Positions 28,292-41,000 of a DNA stretch of 64,000 nt are shown piece after piece. A model generated the notes under the pieces. That model searched no databases. It worked only from the letters and a program-made list of their open reading frames with translations, and was not told the DNA's origin. The stretch comes from Podarcis erhardii (lineage: Eukaryota): NCBI GenBank assembly GCA_964252035.1, contig OZ176212.1; one strand, 5' to 3'. The translations under genes and the position numbers were made by a program. Each line of letters begins with the position of its first letter. Positions within the stretch are counted from its first letter, which is position 1.

Positions 28292-29391
28292 TTTAGTTAA
28301 GTTTACTCACCTCATTGCATCTACTCTGAGTGGAACTAAGGCAGTGCTGGATTTATGTATAGGCTAAGTAGGCTGAAGCCCAGGGCCTCCTGCTCCCCAC
28401 ACAGTGGAGGGATTCCTTCTTGTGATCTGGACACTATGTTCATATTGCACTAGCTTAGTTTTCAGCGTCAAGCCAACTAAGTGAATAGTCATCTCCACTT
28501 TGTGCCATCAAATTCCATATATCACTGTTGTTACTGTAGTTTTAACTAATACAGTTATGTATCATCTTTCCAATACTGTAATTCCCATCTCGCCCCAGGG
28601 TGGTTCCATAGATAATAAAGAGCATTTCTATTTGCAAATTGAATGGTGTAAATAAAAGTTCTTTCTGTTGTTGCTTGTCTTGTTATACAGCTGATCCAAA
28701 TCATACATCCCTCTCCCCTTAGCATGTGCCCAAGACGACTTATTTTGGGGTGCATAGATGTTCAGTTCCCACCCATTTACAATAATCTTGCCTGCAAATA
28801 TGGAACCGAAAGAAACCAGGAACCATCTTCACTTCCATTGTAGATTAAGAAGACGTCAAAGATGCAGTCATGGTGAGAGAGAATATGGCATAAATTTACA
28901 GGAAATAATGTTACATTCAGGAGGAAGGAGAGGGAGCAAAACCTGAGACAAAAGGGCAAGGGAAGACCCAATTCTGGTACTGCAGATGGAGATTTCAACT
29001 TGGGTCTTGATTTGAGTCTCACCTCTTCCACAGGCTCCCTGTGTCACCAGGGCTCAATAAATCTGAACCTAAGGAGAGCCTGCTGGGTCAGGTCAGTGGT
29101 CCATCTAGCCCCGCATCCTGTTCTCAAAGTGGCCAGTGAGATGCGTATGGAAAGCCCACCAGCAGGACCGGAGCACAAGAGCACTCTTCCCTCCTACCTT
29201 TCCAGGAACTGGTATTCAGAATAGCAACAGAAGTGGCTATGGTAGTCAGGACAGTGCTATGCTTTAAGAAAAGGTACAGTCTGAAATTGCACATGTTCAG
29301 AGTATCACTTTTTTAAACTCTTTGTATTTTGCTGTAACATAGCAATGCAAAAGTCTTGCAAAACATGGAATGGTGGCAAGAGAGATCTTAG

Positions 29392-29524
29392 AATCAGAGT
29401 TGGGAGGGATCACGAGGGTCATCTAGTCCAACCCCCTGCAATGCAGGAATCTTTTGCCCAAAGTGTGGCTCAAACCCAGGATCCTGAGATTAAGAGTCTC
29501 ACACTCTACCGAATGAGCTATCCC
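29392..29524 (-). mobile_element. tRNA(Lys)-head / CR1-tail SINE
   Basis: Minus strand GATAGCTCATTCGGTAGAGTGTGAGACTCTTAATCTCAGG, followed by the CR1-type tail CCTGCATTGCAGGGGGTTGGACTAGATGACC. Confidence 0.7.
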
Positions 29525-30134
29525 AAAATTGCATGCTTCACAATGCATATGGCCATGTAAAAGGGTGGGGTGTTCATATTAATACCATTAAATCCAGGGT
29601 TTAAAACTACTGAGATTACCCACTGCTCTTTCAGCAGCAGCAGCAGCAGCAGCACTTATTTATTTTCGCATTTTTATCTCACCTATTTTCTGGAGCTCAA
29701 GGTGGAGTGCACTGTTTTCATTTACTAAAACGTATATATACCGCTTGCATGGGCGTAGCCAGGATTGGTTTTTTTGGGGAGTGGGGAGCAGAATCGACGT
29801 GACTGATCAGTTAGATAAGTATTTCTATTGTTTTACATGATCTGGGGTGGGTGGGGCAGCTGCCCCACGCCCATGACCGCTTGGTTGTATTAAAGAAAAT
29901 AAAACCTCAAAGCGGATCTCCTCCCCATTTTATAGTCACAACAACCCTGTGAGGAAGGTGAGACACTTTGACAGGCCGAAGGGAGCTCGCTGGGCTTCAG
30001 GGCCAAACAAACATTTGAACCCTCGACTCCTTGGCTACCAGCCAAAATTGCTTCTCTATGCAGAATCTCCCGCCACTAAACAATCCCGCAAATACCACCA
30101 GCAGAACCCCACGCCGCCTTCCTCTGCCTCCCCT

Positions 30135-30330
30135 CCCTTGCGCACGCGCGCCCACTTACGAGAGGGGAGGGGCAAGGCCTGCGTTCCATTTCATCAGCTA
30201 TGCGCACGCGCAGGACGGCGGCCGCGCGCGAAAGTTGACGAGTTCGGAGTCTGAAGGTGTGGGCGGGGCGAAGCGGGAGTATAAAAGGGCCACGTGCGGC
30301 CAACCTTCTTCCTGTTTCAAATGGCGGCGT
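30135..30330 (+). promoter_or_regulatory. CpG-island promoter with TATA + TCT/TOP initiator
   Basis: NRF1-like TGCGCACGCGC at 30139 and 30201, E2F-like GCGCGAAA 30226-30233, GC box 30261-30268, TATAAAAG 30280-30287, E-box CACGTG 30291-30296, pyrimidine initiator CTTCCTGTTTC at about 30308, YY1 AAATGGCGGC 30319-30328. Confidence 0.8.
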
Positions 30331-31366
30331 GCAGGAGATCGCAGGTACTGCGCGATACAAAGGCGGGCGGGCCGGCCGAATAACTGGGTTGCTTATTCCT
30401 TATTGGTTTCTCTGTACCCCCGCCCGCTTCTGCTGCTAGGCTCTGTTGCGGGGGAGAGGAAGAGGTTTAGAATCAGAGCTGGGTGGTGGGGTTGCAGAGA
30501 CGGCGTTAGGGTGCAGATAGGTAGAGAGGGACCCATAGTGGAAAGGGCATGTAGGGCTTGTGTGGGGAATAAACTGGAATGTAGCAGTAAAGAGGGAAGG
30601 GGTTGCGGTAATGCTAAAGACTTGTATAAAGATGCTGACTGTTTAAAGTCAAAGGAGGCTTGATGAGGCTCAGCAGCGTAAGGGAGAATAGCTTTGTAAA
30701 AGGGTTTAGTTAAGGGCCGTAGTGTAGTTAGCATGGGCGTAGCTGAGGGGGGCAGGGAGGGGCAGCTGCCTCCCCCAAATCAATAAAAATACATGGCTAA
30801 CTGAGGTTCTGCCCCCCCCCCCCGGCAAAAATCCTGGCTATACCTGTGGTAGTTAACGGGGGAATTTGTGGGGGGTAGAAAAGGGATTTTGACTGAAACT
30901 GGCAGACAAGGGTGTATATAGGGACTGGTATAAGAGGAATGTAGTGTGCTGTCAGGCAGGATTCTGGAAGAGTGCCTCTAGTGGCTTATTTTACTAACCA
31001 GCTTTCCCTTCCTACAGCAATACTTCTTTTTGTCTATCTTCTGCTTAAAATGGAGCATCCATCTTGGGCCTCCAGTGACCCGATGAACTTGTGGTGCTGG
31101 GTAAGTGTTGCCCTGCCGAATTTCAGACTGTTGCCCTGGGAAATCCTGAGCTACTGTAGAAGGTTTTCTGGGCACTTCAGTTAGATAGTAAAGAGTGAAA
31201 CGCCATCTCCCCCTCTAGTGTGCCGGTGCATTCGTTGGGGGTTCCATGCAAGGTCTGGCAAGTCCTATAATTATATGGGCCAAATTTCCTTCCATTGGAG
31301 ATTGGGGTGCATGGTAAACCAGGAGAGCATTTCTGTGTGTAGGTGGGAGTGCTGTGGCCACAGGGT

Positions 31367-31451
31367 TCCTCCAATGATGTTAGCACTGGGCGCGGATTGC
31401 AATGACGATGACAGTGCCCCCCATGCCTTTGACATCATGGGGGACTGAGGA
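31367..31451 (+). ncRNA. SNORD88: C/D box snoRNA SNORD88 (HBII-180) family, copy 1
   Basis: C box ATGATG at 31374; guide AGCACTGGGC antisense to 28S GCCCAGUGCU; D' CGGA; C' ATGACGA; internal hairpin CCCCCATG/CATGGGGG; D box CTGA 31445-31448; terminal stem TCCTC/GAGGA. Matches my recollection of human SNORD88A/C, and its position beside ACP4 fits. Confidence 0.9.
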
Positions 31452-31941
31452 GCAGAATCCCTGTTGATCCCGAGAGGTTGAGGTTGTGGGGAGAAGGCTC
31501 TGGTGGGATTAGGTCTGTGTGTTGAACTTTGAGACACGTGTATGCAGTTGTGGCAGCTGGGACTTCCTGCAGAGGATACAATGGCAAAACACTGGAGAAT
31601 GAAAGCCTCCTGCCACCCTCGGTGGCACTAGTTGAATTTTGTGAAAATCTTTTGGGATGCTGTTTTTCTCTGCTCTCATCTTCTCATCCAGGTGTACAGC
31701 ATAGCTTTGGATAGGGGGGGTGGTGGATTGATATAGGGAATAGTCCCGTGCATTCCCAGCTCCTAACTATACCTTTATTGTTAGGTGACCCTGATGATGT
31801 ACCCAAGATGAATATCTGCCTCGCAAGTTGAATCTAGGTGCTTCAGTGGCAGCCAAGGCTGGTGAGCATTCACTTAATGACAAGTCGAAAGAGGGGTATT
31901 GGAACAGAGTTAGTGCAGTTCCTAGAAGTGGGACATGAGAT

Positions 31942-32027
31942 ACCCCAATGATGTCAGCACTGGGCTCCGATTGCTGTGACGATTTGGGTGCCTTCTGGGG
32001 ACTTGACACTCCAGAAGACTGAGGGGT
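31942..32027 (+). ncRNA. SNORD88: C/D box snoRNA SNORD88 (HBII-180) family, copy 2
   Basis: C box ATGATG at 31948; guide AGCACTGGGCT; D' CCGA; C' GTGACGA; hairpin CTTCTGG/CCAGAAG; D box CTGA 32019-32022; terminal stem ACCCC/GGGGT. It lies about 95 nt upstream of a 3' splice site at 32120, the usual intronic position. Confidence 0.92.
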
Positions 32028-34107
32028 TCTGGATCTGAGAGTCCCTACTTGGCTGTGCATTTAGTGTGTCTGCAGAGGGACAACGATGGTCTCCTAGTAT
32101 TAATGCTCTCACTCCATCAGCTTGTAAAGCATGAATGGCTTAGGAATGACACAATGCAGCAGTTGAGCTTTGCCTATTGTTTAGAGCTAAAGTTTGTGTG
32201 TGTTACAGCTTATGGAAGTATGGGACAACGTTTCTGTTAAGCTGGAGAAATTAAAAATTTTAATGGTAAGGGGCCAGTGTATCATGCTGTCCAGATTGCT
32301 CCACCACCACCCCGTTTTAAAGCTGCTTAGAGAATTGGGAATTTGGAGTGGAGAAGCAATACCCATGACTTGCTAAAACTTTTTAGATATTGAAGTTTGT
32401 TTTGGGGGTCACCAGCATGGTGTCCTCCAAATGTTGGGCTCCTGTTAGCCCTCACCAGCATAGCAAATGGCCAGGGAGGGTGGAAACTGCAGTCCCAGCA
32501 ATAGTGTGGAGTATCATGTTGGCTACTCCTGAAATTGTGATGCACCTAATTTCTTTACATATTCTCTCTTTTTTAAAAAAAGAACTGAGTGGCAGGAAGG
32601 GAAAATGTGCTTGCAGGCATGAAATCCAATATGTGTAGTGAGTGATCTGTGAAACTGAAATTAGGCTACACCTTGTGGATAGTGTGCAAAAAAGTCTTGC
32701 CAACATGGTTTGTTGCTTTCTTTCTCCAGATATGGGAACACCTGAGCTCTGCTCTTGCAGGCAGGAAGATGCAACTGGTTCCGTGCCCTGACGGCTCACA
32801 GGTAGAACGGGGCAGGAAAGGCAGAGGAAAGATTATCTGGGCATTGAAAAACACAGTGGTTGATCCTTAAGGGTTATGCCAAGGTTGTGTTTGCAAGACA
32901 GGGGTCAGTCCTCCCATTTCTTTTGAGAGGCAGGAAAGTTGTACTTCACTGTATGTGCTTTGTAGCGCTGAGGCATGTATCAGGGAGCGACTTTTTAAAA
33001 ATTAACAGCCTTTAAATTTGGAAGCAAATGCTCTCTTACTGGATTTGTATTCCATGGGGCTAAAAGGCTTAGTCTGCTGGGGCTGGGCTGAGGGAATAAC
33101 TAAAGTTCCTGAATAAATTTGTACAGGCATAGTCCCATTATTCCAGAAGAACTTTACACTATCTCTGACCGAGGTACAGGGCCCTTCAAGATTCAGTCAG
33201 CAGCCTTTTAAAAGCACCATCATATCCTGTTTGGGCTTTCCCTAGGCACTGCGTTGCTAATTCATGTGGCATATTTCTTCCCACCCAGCCTCAGCCAAGC
33301 TGGATGCCCGCAGCAAAACGAAATGGATGGGTTTCTCCCACAGTCTTGAAAGAATCTCCTGGACTATCAGCAAGTCACTGATACATATATATTTTTTTGA
33401 TCCACTGATTGTTTTCCCATTGCCTTCCATCATTTAAACAGCCTTTGCGCACACACCTTTCCCCCCAACTCTGCTTGATCACCAGCCTCCAACTCTTTCA
33501 AGCAAGTTTCTTGGTTTCAGAACCAAGTAGCTTGGCTCTTCGCTGCAGCATTCTATTAAGAGCAGTTGAGTTGAGCTTCCATCAGAAGCAGGGATTATTC
33601 CATCAGCTTTGCCAAAATATTGGCAGTATCAGGCACCTCCTACCCCTGAACTGTGCTAGTTGGTCATTAAAAGAAAAACTGTTTAAGGATTGATACCTGA
33701 GTTTAATTTCTTTCCTCTTCCCTCCTTGTCTGTTTCCCTTGTGTGTTGTGTTTTTAAGATTGTAAGTCTGCAAGCAGGAACTGCCTTGCTTTTATTGATT
33801 GCATATAAGCCATGCTGGTAACCTCCTTGGTTGAAGAGCAGGGTACAAATGCTCTAAATAAATTGATGATCATAAGCCATACACACCCTCCAAAGCAAGG
33901 CTGTTTGTTTCACCTTGGATTCTGAAGCAGCATGAATATCTTTGGGGATATTTGCCAAGAATGCTGCATTTTGCACAACCTTGGCATGTACTCCTTTCAA
34001 CTTGGGGAAAACAAAACTTGGATTGTATGCCTCCAGGCAGGGACAATGTTATTCTGTGCAGCATTTACTTTTTCCAATAAAATGTAGAAACGATAAGTGG
34101 TTTTGCA

Positions 34108-34398
34108 TTGTTGTCGTTTAGTCGTGTCCGACTCTTCATGACCCTGGGGACCAGAGCACTCCTGGCACTCCTGTCTTCCAATGCCTCCCGCAGTTGTAGC
34201 TTCAAGAACACTGTCCAACCATCTTGTCCTCTGTCGTCCCCTTCTCCTTGTGCCCTCAATCTTTCCCAACACCGGGGTCTTTTCCAGGGAGTCTTCTCTT
34301 CTCATGAGGTGGCCAAAGTACTGGAGCCTCAGTTTCAGGATCTGTCCTTCCAGTGAGCACTCAGGGCTGATTTCCTTCAGAATGGATAGGTTTGATCT
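34108..34398 (-). mobile_element. BovB (RTE) LINE 3' fragment
   Basis: Translation RSNLSILKEISPECSLEGQILKLRLQYFGHLMRREDSLEKTPVLGKIEGTRRRGRQRTRWLDSV is the RTE/BovB C-terminus; ends in an AACAAC-type tail. Confidence 0.9.
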
Positions 34399-34534
34399 TT
34401 TTTTATTTGCATAGTTGTACTTAATGTTTTTCACATGCAGGCATCTTTTTGGCAAGGTATGGAAAATCTGGCCATCCAGATGTTGATCTACCACAGATGT
34501 CTTTTGTGGGGAACCCAAAGCATTAAGCACAACT

Positions 34535-34662
34535 TAGGTGGTCGGAGCATGGTGCTGATAACACCAAGGTTGCAGGTTCGATCCCCATATGGGACAGCTG
34601 CATATTCCTGCATTGCAGGGGGTTGGACTAGATGATCCTCAGGGTCCCTTCCAACTCTGATT
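34535..34662 (+). mobile_element. tRNA(Ile)-head / CR1-tail SINE
   Basis: GAGCATGGTGCTGATAACACCAAGGTTGCAGGTTCGATCCCC followed by the CR1 tail GGGGGTTGGACTAGATGATCCTCAGGGTCCCTTCCAACTC. Confidence 0.72.
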
Positions 34663-34824
34663 TTAAAAATTCGTGGTTTATGTCTGTCAAGAGCAGATTA
34701 CATACTAAAATGAAAAGCATGGGGCCCTCTAAACAATGGAGGCATAAGAATTTCCTTGCCATGCCATATTTTCCTGACAGAAAGGTACACACAGTGTAGT
34801 ACTCACAAGCATTGCGCTACTTGC

Positions 34825-34830
34825 TTTATT
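34825..34830 (-). terminator. Candidate ACP4 polyadenylation signal
   Basis: AATAAA on the minus strand about 190 nt after the stop codon. Confidence 0.5.
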
Positions 34831-35020
34831 TTTAAGTCTCCTAATAATTCCCTACAGTAAATGTGCCTCTTGCCGGTGCTGCCTGGACCATCAGCTTCTG
34901 TGGATGGAGTCTGAGTTTGCCCCCCTTGGCTCCAGCCACTGGACCACACTTCACAGCATGTAGAGGCTGTTCTCTCTTCCCATGAGGGCGATTGGTGGTT
35001 GCCATGAGCCCATCTTCCCA

Positions 35021-38000
35021 TCACCTCCTCCAATACATGATGCCTGCTCCTATTAATGCAGTGCTTAGCAGGCCTACTGCCACAGCCAGCACTGTTACGG
35101 TGTGCCCTGCAAAAGGAATTGAGCAGGTGTGAATGGGAGAGTCAGTGCGAACCTCTGCCCAGGGGGAGGGAAAAGACCTTGCATTACCTGTGCCTGCCCG
35201 AGGGTTTTGGCATTCGGCATCCCAGTCCAGCGGGATGACTGCCTTCGTAAGATGAATGAAGAGAGGCAGTGGGCAAGGTGTGGGGCAGTCAGGCAGGGCT
35301 AAGGTGTGGGGCTGGTGGCTGCTTTCGTTCCGATAAAACATGGATACACTGAAGGAACTGGAAAGATGGAAAACACAGGAGCTTAGTAAAGGTTGCACTC
35401 TTCACCTCCCATAAACCCGCACTGCCAAACGTTGGCTCTGATATTTGGTGCTTTCCTTCCTGCAGTGTCTCTCAAAATGTTTCGGTACTGTCTCAGCCTC
35501 TTAACTATGCTGTGCTTTGTATTAATGCGTCAGCAACTGCAAATGTGCTGACAAGTCGCTGGGAGGCAGCTGTTAATACTGCAAGGGATACTAGGAGCTT
35601 GCAGAGAGAGAGAGAGAGAGTCCCTCCAAATGGTGTACTCCTTGGTTTGGAGAGGACAACTTTTAAGAAAGGGTAGTAATAATAATGTTTCCTTATATCA
35701 AAGTCAGAACTAAAAATTAAATTAAAAAGCTGGACAGAGAAGACTTACCGTACTCCAAAAGGTGGCTTTTAATTTTAAAAAACAAGGGAAAACATACCAC
35801 GGTTTAAAACAGGGAGCCTTTCCCCAGCCCTGCCTGGAGAATACTGGGGATTGAACCTGTGTAATCCTTTGCATGTGAAGTGATGTGTCTACCATTGAGT
35901 TGTGGGAGGATAGCGGAGCCACAAAAGGAACGGGGGGGGGGGCATGTATAAGCTGCTTTTTCAATAAGTAAAAATTTCAGTTCTTCATGCAAAAGCAATT
36001 GTGCATAATTTGTTCTACTGGGCACAGAGTTACAGAGGAAGCTGAAAACCTGAGCACATTCTGTTCCCTGGGATATTGCTGCAAGTTATAAGCCTTTTAA
36101 GCTCACCCTCACAAGCCTTGAAGGCTGGACATTTTTTTGCTTCTTAAAATACTGCCAGCATTTTATTTCACCAGGATGATAAATCATCAGTAGTTCATCA
36201 GCACCTGTGCAGTTTTTACATGCACACCAAACCTTTCTCTGTGATGGAGAGCAAATTCAACACCCAGCAAAACAAGAGAAACTCTTCCTGCCCCACAGAT
36301 GGAACCAGACTTACTTATTGCTTTCCTGGTAGAACTCGAACCCATGACAGGCAGCATAGGGTGGAGGGGGACCTTCATAAACGCCCAGGGCTCCTTGAAG
36401 AGCGATTAAGGTGCTGTCATGCTAAAAAGTAGGTGAACAGGAAAAATGTAGCCAACATGTTTTTTTGTTTTACATTTTACAATATATTGCTATGCCCCCC
36501 CCCCACTCCCTAAAACATGCCATTTTTTCATGTGCAGACTAGATGATATTACTTTGCTTCCCCCTCATCTTCATGGAGGGTGCTATCCAGGAACTTCCTG
36601 TTTCCCCTTCATGCGATAAGTTTGTTCCATAGTTTGCAGGCTTAGTTTTATAGTTGTAGTTTTAGAGAGACTATTTTTAGCACTTTCAAAAACGACTGCA
36701 GTGAAGCCACTAAAGAGCCCAAGATCCTTCTAAACAGGCAGACTGCTATACACACTTAACCCCCCCCCCTCTTCCCACATGGTCCCCCTGAAGTCTTAAG
36801 GTGGGAAAAGACTTACAGCAGAATACATGATCATCTTCAGGGGCAGATCTCTGCACACTACTTTGGAGAAGTTGCTCAGGATAGCGCCAAGTAATATCCC
36901 TGCAAGGTGGGAGAGAGACTGTTGACTGAGGGGGTGTCCTATGGTATGTCAAAGAATAACTGACCAACAGGCACAAAACTAGCAGCTCTGCAAATAATTG
37001 GGGGTCAAGGGGGTGCCGTGTTGCATATGAAAATGAGAGTCATGCAAGCACACACATGTGCTGCGCACTGGGGCATGTGCCATCAATAACAGTTGAAGGG
37101 TTGAGTAGAAGAAAAACCATAGTAACAAAAAAAGAAAAGCACAGAAATGTCATGGCCCCCACACCAATTGGTTAGGTATGGATCTGTGGAGGACAATGGG
37201 GAACACATTGAACTGGAAAATAGTGAATTTTCAGGTGCCGTGTGAACGGGCCCTCCTCAGTTTTTTCCCCCAGTACTGTGTTTTGTCAAAGCAGCGTTAG
37301 AATGTTAATCCTCTAAAACTGATTGAAATTTACCTCCAGTGAATCGGGCCTTCTCCTGGCTTGCATGCATTCCCACATGGGCTTTGACATTGAATGCTTC
37401 CATCTCTGAAAGGGTGGCCAGGACCTGTGGTGTGGCCCAGCTAGGCAAGGTCAGGTTGTGTGTTTTCTGCAAGGAAAGAAAAAACACTAAAGAAAGGTAT
37501 GGTTGGAGGCAAACTGGGGGGAGGCTGTTATGCAGTGCAGTATTCCTACCTGGCAGAAGAGGGAGTCGTGGACCCTCCAAAGGCCCCTCAGGGTCAGCTG
37601 TTCCTCTTTAAGCCCTGTATGGTTTGCCATCTCTCTCATAAAGCCCTGGGAAGGGAGGGAAGGGGGAAGAAGAATTAGCTAACGGATTGGAACTTCAATG
37701 TGCTTTTCCTGGAGGAAGCTAGTTCCACTATCCTACATGGTCTTACTAACATATGTCCACGCAAACTGACATAGGCCTGAATGTTGTAAGTGAAGTGGTG
37801 TGGCTTCCAAAAACTCACTTCCATGTAGGGTTGGCACCATAATTAGACCCATTATGGATGGTATTCAGTGTTTGTTTCACTCAAGACTACACCCATCAGA
37901 GTTAATAAACATGACTAAGTTAGGCCTAAGGGCCCCTGCCTTTCTCAAATTTGTATATATTTTAAAACTATATGTATATGAACCTCTTTTTTGTTTATTT

Positions 38001-41000
38001 TGGGCTGTGTAGAGTTTTTTGGTCCCGAACATCAGTTTTTTCTGTGCAATGGGTGATTCCCATGATAGTTTCTTAGATTTTTTGAATGTGCCCTCAGGCC
38101 CAACAAGGTGCTATCTGGGGCTGATGGGGGTTGTAGTCCAAACCAGCTGAAGGGCACTAGGGTTGGCAAAGGCTGCTACAAGTGCTTACCTAGGAGTAAT
38201 TTATTTTTGAATAAGCATGCTTGCATTACACCACTGGGCATTTTTAAAGCATTGCTTTTTTATCTTGTATCTGTTGTTGTTACTAATGTTTTTTATTACA
38301 ATCAAAAGCTTTAGCTTTAATTTTTTGGAACCACCCCGGATTCTTGCCCCGCAAAGTGGTATATGAATATTTTAAATGAATAATAAAAACACTCAGATTG
38401 GGTGCTAGACTGGCCATCAGAGATTTCCAAAAGTAAACAAAGGGCTGCCTTGAGCAAAAGAAGGCAGTCAGTTTTCTTGTCGATGGCAATGCAAGACAAG
38501 ACAAGCGAACCTTGTATAATGTAATTCACTCTGCAGGGAATCCTGGGAACCATGATTTTCGGGGGGTGTGGGGTGTGCATGCTTTGGATCCCTAAAGAAT
38601 CAATCATGAGTTACATTTCCCAAGATTTTTTTGGGTAAAAGCCAGGTCAATTAAAGTGGTATAAAACCTGTTTTAGTTTGTAGTACATATATATCCTCTG
38701 AGTGATCAAGGCAGAGAACAAGACTCCCCCTCCGGATGATGCATTCCTCTTACAATGGGTGTAAAGAGTTGGATTGATGAATTGGATGAAGAAGAAATCC
38801 TGACTTTGGAATCCATTCCTCCCTCCTAGCCAACCCCACCTTTCCCTGATACCTTCCAGGTCTCCATTTTAGCCTGATAGCTTGGCAAATTAATTGTTTC
38901 TCCCATCAGCTGTTGGTATCGTAGGCAGTTCCGGGTTGGCGGCTTCAGCAGCTGTGAGGTGAGGAGTAGGAAAAGACAGACAAATCTGATTCTTTGGGAA
39001 AGCTGACCCCTCTTTCCTTTCCCATATGTAAACTATGGGGCTACACTTCAGAAGCAGGAACACTGGTTGAATCTCACATCCATATACTCCTGCTTTGCTC
39101 AAAAAAGGCTGCTGTGTAGAGCTGTCTTCAGCAACCTGGAGTCAGACAGATATTTTGGCCGACCATTCCCATCAGCTTCTGACAGCACAGGTGGTTGATG
39201 GGAATTATAGGTCAAAATATCTGCCAGATTACCAGGCTGGTGTAGTGGATTGAATGCTAGACTTCATGACACCGGTCTAAATGGTAAATATACTTACTAA
39301 GTCTCTGTCCCAATTTTTAAGCTTGACCAGAATGAAAATGCAGGGCCTAGACGGAACTCATACAGAAATGTGGCAAGACATCAAAATAAAAGAGCCAGAA
39401 AGAAATTCATTCTTGATAAAGTTGGATTTCATGAAGTGGCATTCCCCTTTTCAGGAAACACTTCCCTCAGCTTCTGTATTAAAAAATACATTTGTTTCAT
39501 GCATAGACCATCTTGCAATGGAAGACTAGTAGGATGGTGTTCAATAAAAGCAATATAAGAAAATGCCACGTAAATCCAATACAAAGCCGAGAAGCAGCTG
39601 ATAAGAACCAGTAAAATCTGGGCAAGTTGCGAAGGATTACCTTATCATACTTAGTAGGCACAGTGTGGATGGGAACAGGTCTCCAGCTGATCTCTGGATC
39701 TGAGCTTGGATAGAGCCCCATCAGGTTGGCTTGGGCGCTCATTAAGGTGCGGTCGTAATCTGTGCTGCGGATATAGATCTAGAAAGCGGCATAATGGTTG
39801 GTTGGCCTCAAGGCGGGTGAAAACCTTGGCTGTCCCCGAGTGCTGGTGGGGCTATTTATCCTGTCCTTGGGACCCTCAAAGCCCACACATCTCACTGACC
39901 TCCACTACACCCTCTCGAGCTGCTCTGGCCTGGCTGGAATGTGTCTTTGACCTGTGAAGCTAATGTTGCTTGATTGCCTGAAGGGACAATAGAGTTGTGT
40001 TGGTGGGAGTGTAGAAGGTTTGGGCTTTTGTGTGGCTGGAACACAAGCCAGTGTTGTGTATTGGAGTAGGACATGGGAGACCAGGGTTCAAATTCCTACT
40101 CAGCCATGAAACTTACTGGGTGACCCTGGGCCAGTCACCATCTCTCAGTCTAAACTACTTTATAGGGTTGTTGTGAGAATAACATGGAGAGGGGAAGATC
40201 TGTGTATGCCTCATTGAGTTCCTTGGAGGAAAGGTGGGATGTAAAAATCAAAAGCCTCCATTGTGCACTTGGGCCTCTAGAGCCACCCAGTTTCCCCCTC
40301 TTGCTTCACCCACCACCCATTAGCTTTTTAAAAGGTGGGTGGAGCTGGTGTTATGGGTTTGGATACATTTTGGGGGTGCTGCTGCTGCTTATTTTTGCAT
40401 GTCAGCTAATACTTAAATTGTTGCATGCTTTATATATATTTATTACTGTATTCATATTTGCTGCCTTGTGAATTCTTGGGTGCTGGTGTGGAATATATAT
40501 ATACAGTGGTGCCTCGCAAGACGAAAAGAATCCGTTCCGCGAGTCTCTTCGTCTAGCGGTTTTTTCGTCTTGCGAAGCAAGCCCATTGACGGCTTAGCGG
40601 ATTAGCCCTATTAGCGGCTTAGCAGCTTAGCAGATAAGCGGCTTAGCGGCTTAGAAAAAGGGGGGGAGGGAAAAAACCCCGCAGGAACTCGCAATACATT
40701 TTCATCTTGCGAAGCAAGCCCATAGGAAATTCGTTTTGCGAAGCACCTCCAAAACGGAAAACTCTTTCGTCTAGCGAGTTTTCCATCTTGCGAGGCATTT
40801 GTCTTGCGGGGCACCACTGTATTGCCTTTATTAAATAAGCAAACGGATATTTACCTCCTGTGGTTTGTAGGATGCACTCAGGAAGCCAGCATATCTCTCT
40901 CTGAGGAATCGTCCCAGTGCCTTCTGTTGCAAAATACCTACCTGCAGCAGACAAAAGGGAAAAGGCAAGGGGGGGGGGGAGAGAGAGAAAGATCTGAAGC

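Larger units (their letters stand above)
30308..33120 (+). ncRNA. SNORD88 host gene (positional equivalent of human C19orf48), apparently non-coding
   Basis: Exon 1 about 30308-30344 (CAG|GTACTG). Exon 31018-31100 (TACTAAC branch point, pyrimidine tract, TGG|GTAAGT). Exon 31785-31861 (CTG|GTGAGC). Further acceptors at 32120 and about 32729; AATAAA at 33112. The first-exon ATG opens only a 30-aa ORF. The 3' structure is uncertain. Confidence 0.6.

Noticed and set aside
29949-30734. Long ORFs (101-210 aa) over the snoRNA-host promoter
   Set aside because: CpG-island artefact; they start upstream of the TATA/TCT-defined TSS and run through the exon 1 donor.
30655-30750. Possible third C/D snoRNA (TTGATGA ... 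CTGA) in host intron 1
   Set aside because: No terminal stem or recognisable rRNA guide, and the CTGA lies in a GGGCGTAGC-type MITE end.
34535-34600. tRNA-Ile-like sequence; also a tRNA-Lys-like sequence at 29460-29524
   Set aside because: Degenerate arms fused directly to a CR1-type tail, so these are SINE heads rather than tRNA genes.
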